64,000 nt of DNA, taken from Squalus acanthias. Its lineage: Eukaryota. This document shows positions 11,045 to 23,686 of the stretch, one piece after another. The stretch is from positions 118,918,001 through 118,982,000 of the forward strand of contig CM059431.1 in NCBI GenBank assembly GCA_030390025.1, read 5' to 3'. A program made the position numbers and the translations under genes. The first letter of the stretch is position 1; every line of letters begins with the position of its first letter. The notes under the pieces were generated by a model that did not search any database, had not been told where the DNA came from, and saw only the letters and a list, made by a program, of their open reading frames with translations.

Positions 11045-11324
11045 CCCCTGCCTCTCTGCAAGATTTGTAGAGGTTGTTTTTCCTCTTTATTTCACCATTA
11101 ATTTGTTTATTAACCTTTTTGGGTCACATTTTTTATCCTGAGCTTGTTGATTGTAGGTGTGTGGTTACTCTGCATTATACCTTTACTTCCACTGAAGTGT
11201 TTCTGAACAACCTTCTCCCGTATTCATTTGCTTTAATTACCTCATTTCTTTGAATTTTGCAATTTTAAAGTTATATACTTCCAACCGTGGGTGCTGCAGC
11301 ATGTAGGGACTAGCACAGAATATT

Positions 11325-11538
11325 CCTCCCTCCCCTCCCCTCCCACTTTCCCTGCCTCTGCACCTGTTTAAAAGCTGTTACATCTCTAACTTTTTCCAGT
11401 TCTGACGAAAGGTCATCGACCTGAAACGTTAACTCTGCTTCTCTCTCCACGGATGCTGCCTGGCCTGCTGAGTGTTTCCGGCATTTTCTGCTGTTATTTC
11501 AGATTTCCAGCATCCACAGTATTTTGCTATTGTATTAG
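11325..11538 (+). mobile_element. Penelope-like terminal fragment
   Basis: Pyrimidine-rich lead, hammerhead core, gatgctgcc...tttccagcatcc...attttgc tail shared with other copies. Confidence 0.7.
11397..11434 (+). ncRNA. Minimal hammerhead ribozyme motif (intact core)
   Basis: agtt-CTGACGA-a-aggtc(atc)gacct-GAAA-cgtt-aact: stems I and II pair; palindromic AACGTT replaces stem III, as described for Penelope minimal hammerheads. Confidence 0.7.
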
Positions 11539-12954
11539 ACTCTAGAAGGGTACAGCTTCTAGATCCTAAGTCCACTTACAGGAACACCGTTAGACTGTTG
11601 AGAAAGAAGATGGTTCTTTAATAACGCAAAATTATGACAGTAATGTTTGTTGCACATTTTCCTGTTGTACCCTATAACTTGAAAGGGTTAATAATGACAG
11701 TTGAATGCCTTGTTATAGTAATATTTTGGCTGCAAAAGTTAAATTCTATCACGCTATGTTAAGTTGATCCGGAATTGTGCAACTGTAATTCTGGTAATTG
11801 TGCCTTACTGCTATGTTTGTGATGATTATATTGATAATTGTATTGCAGTTAAATAAAATAGCTTCTTTGTAGTCCAGAGTGTATCAAGTCTTTACTGTTC
11901 CTTACGTGAGCTAAGGGTTAGTTGATAACTCAGGAACTGAATTGAGAATGGGAATTGTCCTTTACTTTGCCTTCAGCTTATGTTTGCTTGATGCATAATT
12001 TAAGTGAAATTTCTAAGCATGAAACTTAACTGTCGAGGGAAAACTACAGTTCTCGTTCAACTGCTGGGGAATCAGTTGCAGACTACTTTTAGACCCTTGA
12101 GAATGATCTCATTTCTTCCCACATAACAGCTATAGAAAAACATACATGAGATGTACTGATCCCATCTGTCAATAACAGAAAACTTTTAAAGCTAAATCGA
12201 GTAGTTCCTCAGAGTTGCTCCCACTCCGCATGCTGCAACTTTGCCAGAAATATGGAAGAAAGCCTGGAGCAGCTTCAAGGAAATTCCAGGATTGTTTAAA
12301 AACAAATGAATTATTTCGCCAGTGTAAAAGTTTTACTGCTCCGATAAACCATTGTCGGAATATGAAAGTCAATGCAAATATTACCCAAATTCATTGTTAT
12401 GCCTTCACAATCATTATTGACCCAGTGGTAAGTTGGCCTCAAAATTATTGCCAAGTGGAATATAACGTTCTACAGAAACTATAAAAAAAACAGATATCTG
12501 TGCCCACAAGTTATAAAATAGCACAGGAAATGTAGTAAATATTGTCTCACACTCGTGGGAGAACATGAATTGTGACTGATGAGAATGATGAAAGAAAAAC
12601 AACACTTACTGTGGAATGGTATATAGATTTAAGGAAAGATGTGTGACAATGGTAAAAGCCCAGGCAATCTCAAAATGACAAGGTGACTTTTGACTAATCT
12701 CTATATGTCCAAAGGGAACAAATACAGTAAACCTTCATAATGTTTCTCATTCTTACGTTGTCATGCTAGCTGCAGCTTAATATGTGAACATCAGCACATT
12801 GTGCCCCTGGTTGATCAATGAGTTTTGGATGTAAATATGAGTTTTGATTAAATTTCTGCTACTTCTTATCATCCACATAATCACAAACCTGCTAATTATT
12901 AAGGCTTGGATCCTGCCTACTTTAGACTAAACCTGCTAATTCTTAACTTAGGAT

Positions 12955-13105
12955 CATAGAATCCTAAAGCAATGAAGGAGTCCATTCGGCCTATCATTCC
13001 TCTGTCAGTTCTTTGAAAGAGCTAGCCCATTAGTCCCACACCCCCGCTTTGTCTCCATAGCTCTGAAGTTTTTTCCATTTCAAGTATATATCCAATTCCT
13101 TTTTG
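12955..13105 (-). mobile_element. CR1 3' UTR fragment
   Basis: atcatagaatc...ccattcggcc...ctttgaaagagcta...tccaattcctttt matches 31765-32215. Confidence 0.7.
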
Positions 13106-13283
13106 AATTGGTGTATATGCAAGATACATACTAGCATTAAAAGGGGTAAAGTTCATTCAATATTAATGTGGTTAGCAGCTTTATAAATACTATACTGTGA
13201 AATATTCAAGACAGATTGGACATATATACCAGTAGTTAAATGCACCTTATCAATCATCCAGACAAGATAGCTCACAGAATACA

Positions 13284-14036
13284 GGTCCAAATTTCAGTCT
13301 AAATTTTGACCCCCTTTTTGGTAGACTAGCAGTCACATTCTGTTGACATTGTGTCTGATTTTTTTCTCACTACCTCTCCATTTTTGTCTATAAATGGGCA
13401 GTAGCGGGACTAAAATTGCAATAAAAATTGCTAATTTACCACTGGAGGTCCGCCCATTCCGACTTCGATTTAGGTGCCAAGTGCTCTTGCTGGAAGTTAC
13501 TGGACATTGGACACCCAATGTGATCTTTGTCTCAATCAGCACTGCTACGTCCTTAACCCACCCACAAATCATGGTCAGTGCGGGTTGGGAGGTGGCCATT
13601 TATAGTGGTATTTAAAAGGATCTTTTGATGCAGTCAAGGAAAGCTGGAAACGGATTTGGCACTCATTCCTTTCTTTAGTCTCTTGAGTGTTTTGAGCTTA
13701 AAAGAGTTTAAAGGCATCTATAATTTAACCTCCTTGCTGTTGTGTGTGCTATTAAAATGTCCCTGTTGCTGAAATCCGCTGCTCCATTTAAACCCTAATA
13801 CTTCCACCCCTCCCCTATAAGCTGCTGCTGCATGGCCATAATGAACATCTGGCCAGCTGGATTTTCCACCCTCCCAAATGGTGAGCTTCGCGATTGGCAT
13901 TGGCAGTTGGCCTCTTGCATGTAAATGAGGTTCAACCACTAAAATCGATGGAGCTTATCCCCGATAAAATTGGGCAGGTGGAGCAGACATCCCGCCCACT
14001 ATCTGCTCAATATGTGGCAAAGACAAAAATTGACCC
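13284..14036. mobile_element. Degenerate non-autonomous TIR element
   Basis: ggtccaaattt / aaaaattgaccc ends; GC-rich subterminal motifs; no clean TSD. Confidence 0.4.
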
Positions 14037-14409
14037 TGTTGTGTTTTGACACAAGAAAAACTTGACCAAATTAAATGGCTGAGTAATGTGCATTAATCTC
14101 CAACAGTACTGTAAGAATAAGCCATTTGCTGTAAATTTTGCTGTAACTTGACCAAACTTAAAAGTTGACCAGATTTAATATACCAGCATTCTTTGAGTAG
14201 CTGAGAGGTTCCCGTGGGAACGTGTATGAAAACTGTTCACAGATAAAGAAGACCTTGGACAGGAACAAAGACTTTCTGCTATGGTTATAAGCTGTGAAAG
14301 CTGCCAATTGTCTTTCAACAGATAAGGAAAACTGGCTTTGAAAGTTCTGTGGGAACAGACTATTGAACTGTGGAAACATCATCAGAATTTGGAATTTGTT
14401 TAAAATTTG

Positions 14410-15455
14410 TTTTTATGGGATGTGGGCATCGCTGGCAAGGCCAGCATTTATTGCCCATCCCTAATTGCCCTTGAGAAGGTGGTGGTGAGTCGCCTTCTTG
14501 AACTGCTGCAGTCCGTGTGGTGAAGGTACTCCCACAGTGCTGTTGAGTAGGGAGTTCCAGGATTTTGACCCAGCGACGATGAAGGATCAGCGATATACTT
14601 CTAAGTCAGGATGATGTGTGGCTTGGAGGGGAACTTGGAGGTGGTGGTGTTCCCATGCGTCTGCTGCCCTTGTCCTTTTTAAGGTGGAGGAGGTCACGGG
14701 TTAGGCAGGTGCTGCCGAAGAAGCCTTGGCGTGTTGATGCAGTGCATCTTGTAGATGGTACACAATACAACCATGGTACGCTGGTGGTGGAGGGAGTGGA
14801 TGTTTAAGGTGGTAGAGGAGGTGCCAACCAAGCGGGCTGCTTTGTTCTGGATGGTGTCGAGCTTCTTGATTGTTGTTGGAGCTGCACTCATCCAGGCAAG
14901 TGGAGAGTATTGCATCACACTCCTTACTTGTGCCTTGTAGATGGTAGAAAGGATTTGGGGAGTCAGGTGGTGAGACACTCGCTACAGAATACCCAGCCTC
15001 TGAACTGTTCTTGTTGCCACATTATTTATGTGGCTGGTCTAGTTAAGTTTCTGTTCAATGGTGACCCCCAGGATGTTGATGGTGGGGGATTCGGTGATGG
15101 TAATGCCATTGAATGTCAAGGGGCGGTGTTTAGACTCTCGCTTGTTGGAGATAGTCATTGCCTGGCACTTCTGTGGCACGAATGTTACCTGCCACTTATC
15201 AGCCCAAGCCTGAACGTCGTCCAGGTCTTGTTGTATGCGGGCATGGACTGCTTCATTATCTGAGGAGTTGTGAATGGCACTGAACACTGTGCAGTCATCA
15301 GCGAACATCCACATTTCTGACCTTATGTTGGAGGGAAGGTCATTGATGAAGCAGTTGAAGATGGTTGGGCCTAGGACACTGCCCTGAGGAACTCCTGCAG
15401 CGATGTCCTGGGGCTGTGATGATTGACCTTCAATCACCACAACCATCTTCCTTTG
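14410..15455 (-). mobile_element. 3' 1 kb of CR1-group LINE (same family as 24811-28058)
   Basis: ORF 15039-15446 GVPQGSVLGPTIF...MFADDCT; 3' UTR gggcaataaatgctggcctt. Confidence 0.9.
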
Positions 15456-15714
15456 TAACTGGCCTTAAAGGTGCACGGATGCTTAACAGACTAGTGATAA
15501 GGGGGTCTGAGAAACAACTGCTGACCATTACTAACATAATTTGGGACACATATACAGTGGGAGGGTTGCCAAGTTTTAGGGTATAAGACGTGCTGTTTCA
15601 AGACAGTCAGGGCTGCAGCCGAGTGACCTGACGAAGGAGCAGCGCTGCAAAAGCTTGTGATTTCAAATAAAACTGTTGGACTATAACCTGGTGTTGTGAG
15701 ACTTCTCACATTTG
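15456..15714 (+). mobile_element. Penelope-like pseudo-LTR fragment (family 2) with decayed hammerhead
   Basis: TATA-like gtataag, CTGACGA-aggagcagcgctgc-aAAAgctt (15628-15656), AATAAA, then gttggactataacctggtgttgtg shared with 22596-22620. Confidence 0.65.
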
Positions 15715-16117
15715 TTCTTCTTAGAGCAGAGAAGGTTGAGGGGAGACCTAGTAGAGGCATTTAAAATAATGAGGGATTTTAATAGAACAAGTAGGTCGAA
15801 ACTGTTTCCTCTGGCAAGTGGGTCGGTAGCCAAGGATGATAGATTTTAAATAATTGGCAAAAGAACTAGAGGGGAAATGAAGATACATATTTTTCGCACA
15901 GAGGGTTGTTAAGTTCTGGAACGCACTACCTGAAAGGGTGGTGGAAGCAGATTCCATGGGAACTTTCAAAAGACATTTGGACATGTACTTCAAGAGAACT
16001 AATTGGCAAGATTATGGGGAAAAAGCTGGGGTGAGGAACTAAATTGGATAGCTCTTTCAAAGAGCCGGCACAGGCGTAACAGGCCGAATGGCCCCTTTCT
16101 GTGCTCTAAGATTCTAC
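15715..16117 (+). mobile_element. CR1 3' fragment
   Basis: LEQRRLRGDLVEAFKIM...FFAQRVVKFWNALP; (gattcta)n tail split by Harbinger B. Confidence 0.85.
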
Positions 16118-16411
16118 GGCCAGAATTTTTACCGTGGAGTCGGGTCGGGTGCATGCAGGCCACGTAACGGGTTAGGAACGCGATGTTCTGCTCAGCCCGT
16201 TCTTTAGGGCGACATTAACTTAATGGCCCCACTTAAAGCAGTCATGCGCGTTTTCCAGCCCGATTAAATGGAGCAGGTCTGTTGACGTCATCGATGACTC
16301 GTTTCCAGCGCCGATATTTAAAGCAGCCTTGCACACAACTCATTTGAAGGTTGCTAGAGGAGTGTGGAAGGTGAAATAGAAAGGTTTGAGTACTATTCCA
16401 AACATTAAATG

Positions 16412-18256
16412 ATGGATACTCAAAGGCAAAGTGCTGCACCCCGATTTTCTGATACATTCCTGTATATTCTGGTGGAGGCAGTGAGAGCACGCAGGGAGCT
16501 CCTGTTCCCTGCAGATAGGCACAAGAGACCTCCCAAAGACACCAGAAAGACCTGGTTGGAGGTAGCAGAGGAGGTCAGCAGCATGGATATGGTGAGGAGG
16601 ACCTGGATCCAGTGCAGGAAATGATTCAATCATCTCACGAGGTCATGAAAGGTGAGTGTAATGCCACACTCGCCTTCATCCTGATGTGCCTGTCACCACA
16701 TCCCCATCACTTTGCTTTCACAAGCCTACTTCTTCACATCATTCCTCACACCAACGTACCTTGCAGGTCCACCCATTCCGCTCTCTCTCTATGTACATAC
16801 TCACATCCCCATCTGACTAACCACCCCTGAAACTTACCCTCATCCCAATGCAATCATAGCAAGTAACACCACAGAAGGAAGCCATTTGGCATTGGCACCA
16901 CACTCCCTCATAGTCACCCTCTACAGATGTTATCCATCCATTCCTTACACTCATTCCATCACTCGTACTCAAAGTTCTCTTCTTTCCCTGCTTGCAGGAG
17001 AAAAGAGCCCAGAACACGCGGGAGATGCAGAGAACTGGAGGTGGCCCTCCAGTATTCACGCAACAGACTCCAGCAGAGGAAGTATCAGGAGTTGCAGAGC
17101 TGCTGGTGGTGGGAGACGGAGAGAGGGGGACATCCCATCAACTTGGTGACAGAATTACATCTCATAAAGCCACATGGCATACAGCAGTCATTCATATAGC
17201 GACTGATGTCAGCAGCCAGTGAAATGTCATGATGTGCATAATGGTAACGTTAACCATTCTTATTATAACACTTCAAATTCATCTCTTTACTCTCCCACTG
17301 GTCCATCAAGTGCCCCCCACCCACTGTCCAGTCAGAGGAGGAAGATGACTCCTCAGAGGAAGCTCCACTCTCTGAGGGTGCACCATCAGCAGACTCAAGT
17401 GCACCCAGCACCAGCGCAGATACGCACACCTCGGTGGGTCCTGTGCGAGATAGAGTAGTGTTGTCACCTGGTGTCTCACACTTCATAAGTGAGCACGAGC
17501 AGATGGTGTTGACAGGGACAGAGGGCACAGGACACTCCAAGCTCTGCTCAGCTGCATGCAGATGCTGAACCTCGGGGGCCATCAAGAAAGAGGGTGATCC
17601 TGGGAGGGGTCAGCAACAATTGCATGAGGCTCTGGCAATTTTTGCAGCTGCAATGTCTGCAAATATGCAGAGAATGGAGGAGTACATCTCCAACATGAGC
17701 ACCACCATGTCGCAAGCAGTGGCGATGATGTGCTGTTCCATGGAAAGGCTGGTGACCTGCATGGAGCAGCAAATGCGCCAGTCACATGAGAACATGCTTG
17801 CTGTGGACAACAGATGGCAGATGCTCACAGACCTCATCTCTGGGAGAGATATAAACATAGACTTGGGCGTTCATCGCCCCCACTGCTGTGCAGCAAGGTG
17901 CTCTCCAGCTCCTTGCTAGCAGGGAAGTGCAGGTGGCCCATGAGAGGGATGATGGTGAGAGGGGTCATGGAAGTGGGGGCTCTTCTCAAAGCACTCCCAC
18001 TTTTCCCCCATTGCCTCCCCCTCAGTCAGAGCCCCAGATGCTTCCTCGGATACTGATGGCCAAGTCTGCCCCTGCACAGTTGCAGGAGGAGCAGACTTTG
18101 GTGGGGCCCTCACAGGCTCCAAAACCCAGAGGACGTCCGCCAAAAGTGTCTACGCAGTCGCAGCAGGGAAGTGAGCAGCCTGCCTCTACTGCTGCTGAAG
18201 CTACAGGTGTTGCACTTTGTAGAAGCACTCGGGGAAAAAAAAAGACACAAAAGTAG
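16412..18256 (+). pseudogene. Harbinger Myb/SANT-like gene (exons ~16412-16651, 16998-17145, 17301-18256)
   Basis: AAPRFSDTFLYILVEAVRARRELLF...WLEVAEEV...RTWIQCRK; gtgag/ttgcag splice sites; TGA stops and frameshifts. Confidence 0.85.
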
Positions 18257-18557
18257 ATGCACAAGGGTATGCACATGGGTGTAGGAAAAAATGTTAGTGT
18301 TAAGTTTCAGATATTTTGGTGACACAGATCAATGTATTTTTTTGCACCACTTTCCGGTCTTGTCCATTTTTGCCTGCTACCTTGGAAGTGGCTTTGTCAC
18401 TTGGAGTGAATGGTGAGACATTACTTAACCTCAAGCACTGGGGGGGTTGGGTGAGCGGAATGGTTTTGTCATTGTAGGGATGCTTTATGGTGTTGTTGGG
18501 GGGGGGGAGGAGGACTTAGTACAGCAGGTGGCAGCCATATGGCTGCATTGGAGCAAG

Positions 18558-19687
18558 TTAAGTAAATCTGGCCATGATGAACCATTCTGGGCCTCCCAGG
18601 TAGCAATGTGCACTGCTGCTAATGCCATTTCAACCTCAGGTTCCTCCTCCTCCTCGTCTTCCACCTGCTCCTCCTTCTCCTCCACGAAAGAGGCTGTACA
18701 CTCTGTGCCTTGCTCCTCCTGCAGCTCCAATCCTCGCTGCTGCGCTATGTTGTGCAGCATGCAGCAAACAACGATGATTCTGGAGACCCTGCCTGGTACG
18801 TACTGAAAGGCTCCTCCAGATCTGTCAATGCATCTGAAGCACATCTGGTGGACATGTGGCTCTCATTATAACACTCCTCGGCCTCATTACTTGGCGTCTT
18901 CAAGGGTGTCATGAGCCATGTCTTCAGTGGATGGCCCTTGTCTCCAAGCAGTCAGCCAGTAATTCTGTTTGGAGGTGCAAAGAGCTGAGGGAGGGTGGAC
19001 TGGCGCACACATGCATGATGATTTTCCTATGGTTGCAGACGAGCTGCACATTGATGGAGTGGAAGCCCTTGCAGTTCACAAACACTCCTGGGTGATGAGG
19101 GAGTGCCTTCATGGCCACATGTGTGCACTCGATGGTGCCCTGCACCTGTGGGAAGTCAGCCAGAGCCACAAAGCTGAGTGCCCGCTCAGTAACACGGGCT
19201 TCATCAGTGGCAAATTTGATATAATTGGCTGACTTGTGAAACATGGCATCGGTCACCTGAGTGATGCATCTGTGGGTGGCCGACTGCGAGATCCCGCAAA
19301 TGTCTGTTGCAGATCCCTGGAAGAAGTCTGGGGCGAAGAAGTTGAGGGCGGTGTTGACTTTGGCAGCCACTGGTAAGGTGTGTCCACCAGGTCCTCTGGG
19401 CAGCAGGTCTTGTTCCAGCAAGCTACAAATGTCTGCGACGACCTGGCGTGATAGTCTGAGCCTCCTGAAGCACTAACTGCTCAGTCATGTTGAGGAAGCT
19501 CATCCTCTGCCTGTGTACCCTGTGTTGGGGGTATCACCTCCGGTTGCAGCCTTGTTCTGACCCCTTCTCTCCTGTGGAGCATCAGGTCATTGAGGAGAGG
19601 CTGCTGGTGTGGCTGCTGCTGCTGGTGGTAGGGCTCATCTTGGTCCGATTCTGAGGACCAAGGTGAGACAGTATAAGCAACACCCAT
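18558..19687 (-). pseudogene. HARBI1-like DDE transposase
   Basis: [10 protein letters not shown]...[13 protein letters not shown]...[14 protein letters not shown]...DKGHPL...[13 protein letters not shown], acidic tail; deletions and frameshifts. Confidence 0.9.
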
Positions 19688-20778
19688 GCTGATGTAATAG
19701 ATGGCAGGTAAAATGGAGATGAGAGGGCCAATCCCTCAATGTTCTGATGCTGAGTAGCAATGTGGTGAGAGTGGCTTCCGAGGTTTCAGAAATAACGTAC
19801 GAACTGCTGACACCTAAATCTGTGGACAAAATGGAGTCAGCAATAGCCTTTCCATGAGGCAAGTAATGAGGTGTAATGTTGGAGTATTTATGTGCTTTTC
19901 GCAGCTCTCAATGAATGGACTCGCCAATGGCCACTGAGATGCTACCTCACCTTCACAGGCGATATATCCAAGCTGCGTGAATCCCGTGTTCCTGCAGTAA
20001 AAGTCAAAAGCTGGTGTTAAAAACCCTCTTAAGGGTCTCTCAACAGTTAATGACTTCAATGAGGTCGCCCACCTCTGCCGTTCGGGTCCGTGTCATGCCT
20101 TCAAAGCCGCCCGAGTTAAATGCGCGAGGCGATGGGTTGATGGCGGGTTCCCGATGCGCACACAATTTCCTGGATTTTTACTGCCGACCCGCCCTCAAAC
20201 CTGCACGTTCAGCAACAGGAAAATTCCGGTCTATGATTCTAAGTACCAGGGCTGGCACTTTAATAAAATTCCAGTTATGTGTACTCAATCAAATGGCCCA
20301 AAACCCTTTTTATTCTTAACCTTTAATTTCTAAGTAACTTCCCAGAGGACGGATTAATATGACAGCTGCATCATGTGTTTCAGCGGAGCTTCTTGGGACT
20401 GAAGTGGTCCTATATCTCCTTGTATTGGTTTCTGAGATGGCCCTGATACTGCTTCCGCCACATCTGACACTGCAGTAGCTGTCTTGCCCTACAAACTACT
20501 GCAAAGTCCATGGCCATTTTCATGGGTGGGAGGTGGGGTGGGATTGGATGAGCTGGATGTGGTGTCACCTCAAGAGACAGTAACCTCATTCATTCCGATT
20601 CCATCTATGGCTCTGCTGCTGGGCACTGTCTCAACATAAGCATGGGTCTGTGTGGAAGCATACCTCACGGCAGCAATGAGTTCAATGAAGCCTTGTGTCA
20701 TAGATCTCTGCCAGAATGTTGAAGTCAGACAGAAAACTGTATTGTAGATTGGATTCTAAGATCTCTGTAGCAGTCTAA

Positions 20779-22457
20779 GGGACAGAAATTCATTTTAGCC
20801 AAGGAATGGGCAGTGTTTAGACTAAAAATGGTGAGTTAGCGCTAGGTGAAAATTGTCTAGACTATACGGAAAATTCGTCTTCACTCCTCATTAAAATGAC
20901 TGGAGCCATAAATCTAGTCCAAAAACCCAAGCTCATTGGCGTTACACTGAAAAGATGGACAATATCGGGTGTAGTCTAAACACAAGTAATGATTGCCACA
21001 GGCTTTTTTCACTGTTTAAAGGGGAGGTCCGTTGATGCTGCAGCACCTCATTCTCAGCATTGTTGGGTGTACAGTTGCCTCAACAACCATAAGAAGAAGG
21101 ACCAAGAGAAGGTGCACTTATTTACAAATGCTTGTGGCAGATTGCCACCCAGGGGAGAGAGCCCTGGGGGTTTCCCATGAAGCTATGGAGGGATTGGTTT
21201 TAGCGGTGGAGAGAAGGTGGGCGGTCCTGTACCAACTGGCAGGAGGCCCTTGCCACAATTCTACCAGACTATGAGGAGGGAGGTGGCACACCACGACATT
21301 GGCAGCACTGTGGTCCCCAGGATCCAAACACAGTGCAGGAGGAAGTTTAATGAGCTCACAAGGGTGGTCAGGGTGAGTGAAGGCTTCAACATATGCTACA
21401 TACCATCATCTGTACCACAAGCTTCACACACTGCTCAATGCACCCCACCCCCAGCACTCACCCACCAACAATATCTACCTAGCAACACTCACACCCACAT
21501 CTCACACCTTGCACATAATTACAGCTATTCAACTGTGGCAGGCACAAGGGTCATTAGTTATTAGAATACATGTGATATGTGTGATATGTTTATGCATACA
21601 TTTATTAATAGAGTTTGGAATATTTTGTGGTCTCTCTCATTTCACCTTTGCACCCAGGAGGACACTTTGATAGGGCATGACACAGGGATGGTATGATGGG
21701 GATGTGGTGAGCAATGGGGATCTGGGGTTTCATTCATTCACATTGGAGTCGGTCACGGACTGCCCGTCTGGAAGCCCGATTGTCTGGCTGCCTCCTCCCT
21801 CCCTCCTGTTCCTCGTCTTCTTCCTCCTCATCTTCTTCCTCCTTGTCTTGTTCCTCCTCGTCTTCTTCCTCCTCATCTTATTCCACCTCATCTTCTTCCT
21901 CCTTCATCTGTGCACATGTTCCCATCTTCCTCGTTGCCTCTGCTCCCTCTGCCGTAGATCCTATAGGGCATGGTGGACTGCCAGAACAGCCCCCGTGACT
22001 TTTAACAAGTGTTGTAGGATGAATCTTTTTTACTTGTCCAAAACATTCCTGATACCAAAGAACCATTAAATCACTAAATAAAACTGTTGCAGTATCAGGA
22101 ACAAACACACAGTCACTGAAACTTCACTAACTTGTCAGATGCGAGTGACTGAAGCTGATCCCTTTAAATAACATCCCTGGAGCCGGCTTCCTGGTGCTGT
22201 ACACCAGCTCTCCCTGTCATTGTTAACTCCAGGCGGTGAGGTAAGTGGCAAGAAGCAATTTGGCAGATCAGGCATTCAGTGAGCATTACACACTCACTGA
22301 CGTCACAATCTCCATGGCATGGAAGTCCCCGGCGATCGCTGTTACAGGGGTCCTGATTTGGCATGTGGTGCTGGATTCGACAAGAGCAGTCGATCCAGCT
22401 CTCAACGCTGCATCAGCACCATCTACGGGCAGCGGTAAGGGGACAAGTTTTTCCCCC
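20779..22457. mobile_element. Harbinger deletion derivative
   Basis: TSD TAA (20776-78/22458-60), gggacagaaatt / aagtttttccccc ends; Myb exon-1 remnant 21155-21372 (QCRRKFNELTRVVR|gtgag); acidic tract on -. Confidence 0.8.
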
Positions 22458-22556
22458 TAAGTATTCATGATGGATACCTTGATTGGGTCTAAGACCCCTG
22501 TCAAAGGGGGCTCAGCTGCAGATGGCCTGGAGTTGTCACATACCCTGGGATAAATT

Positions 22557-22670
22557 AAATTGAGAGGTCGCACAACACCAGGTTATAGTCCAACAGTTGG
22601 ACTATAACCTGGTGTTGTGCGACCTCTCAATTTTGTCCACCCCAGTCCAACACCGGCATCTCCGCATCAT
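22557..22670. mobile_element. Penelope-like fragment with perfect inverted duplication
   Basis: 38-bp arms 22557-22594/22596-22633; 13-bp direct repeat ataaattaaattg at 22550-22562 and 22669-22681. Confidence 0.8.
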
Positions 22671-23138
22671 AAATTAAATTGCCAAGAAGCAGGACTGTAC
22701 AAAAATGTCTAATGGATTCCTCCATGTTCCTAACTATACTTTTCTTTGTAAAACAGGTAACAGGTAGCAATCTTGTTCGCAAGCCCTGTGAGATCTAAAT
22801 CTATTGGCTCTGTAGCTGATGAAGAAGGCAAGCTGGCCCTCCAGCCAGCTGGCTCCAGCTCCTCTCCTACCACATTGTCAACTCTATTTGCTCTTCTTCA
22901 TGTGGGCTCCATGACTCATCGTGATGCACACCTCTTAAAGCTCACTATCTAAATCATCAAGCTGTGCTAAGGCTTGTGACAAATGGAATGAATGATGCAA
23001 GGTTCTGTGAAGTGCTGCTTGTTTCTGTGGTACTCGGACCTGATGACTGGCTCCTGGGGCAATCCTACATAAATAGAAACGGACCATGTGTTGGCTGGAA
23101 AACAAATGCTTCAAACAGTGCTTAATGGCAAAACTGTA

Positions 23139-23686
23139 GGTAGGATTTGAACTATCAGGCGGGCCAGCCTGCTGTCTGATCTTCTGGCGGGAGGTTCTCC
23201 GTCCATTTTGAGGGCTGGGTCTCACTAACATACATCTGGCAAACTGCATGTCCTGAACAGGCGTCCCAATATAGCTCACAGGCCCGGGGCCAGTGAAAGA
23301 TCGGGCAGCCAAGGGGCTGAATCAGCTGGCAGACAGATAGGTCTGGTGGGGGGATGGTGCCATCATGGGGGAAACTCGAGGGCGGCAGTCATCCACATTA
23401 TTCTTGTGGAGGCTGAAGGAGATCTCCTGCTCATCCTGGCCCCACAAAAATAATTTCAACATTTATGTTTTCGGGCCTCTTCCTCTTGCCAGCCAGGTTT
23501 TACCGACTGGAGCATCCACAGTGCATGCTCCAGCCAGTAGGCCGTTAAAATCGCATCGGGGCCCCATGTACCTCATAGGAACCCCTGTGGACATGGATTC
23601 ATGAGGCGGAGCGGGAATGGAGCCACATCGATTTTAACTGCGCTACCACCCCATTTCAACCAGGCGAAGAGAGTTAAAATCCCTCC
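23139..23686. mobile_element. Non-autonomous TIR element (MITE)
   Basis: ggtaggatttgaact / agttaaaatccctcc imperfect TIRs; GC-rich interior. Confidence 0.55.

Larger units (their letters stand above)
5630..11280 (-). mobile_element. Old CR1-like LINE ORF2 remnant split by at least six later insertions
   Basis: ORF 7672-7932 QYGFRREHSCLTN...DFQKAFEQVSHKRLL; ORF 8989-9204 LNDYF-like/HIFTRED; collinear pieces resume after each TIR element, Penelope fragment, SINE and LTR. Confidence 0.7.
16118..20231. mobile_element. PIF/Harbinger-like transposon copy B (near full length)
   Basis: Imperfect TIRs ggccagaatttt / aaaattccggtc, TSD TAC/TAT, convergent Myb (+) and transposase (-) genes. Confidence 0.9.

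Noticed and set aside
12610..12701. Possible host exon on - (tag acceptor, gtaagt donor)
   Set aside because: One open frame, but no recognisable protein and no partner exons; needs RNA-seq.
14410..15455. Large inverted repeat with 27040-28050 defining a composite element
   Set aside because: Explained by two independent copies of the same LINE in opposite orientation; no shared outer TSD seen.
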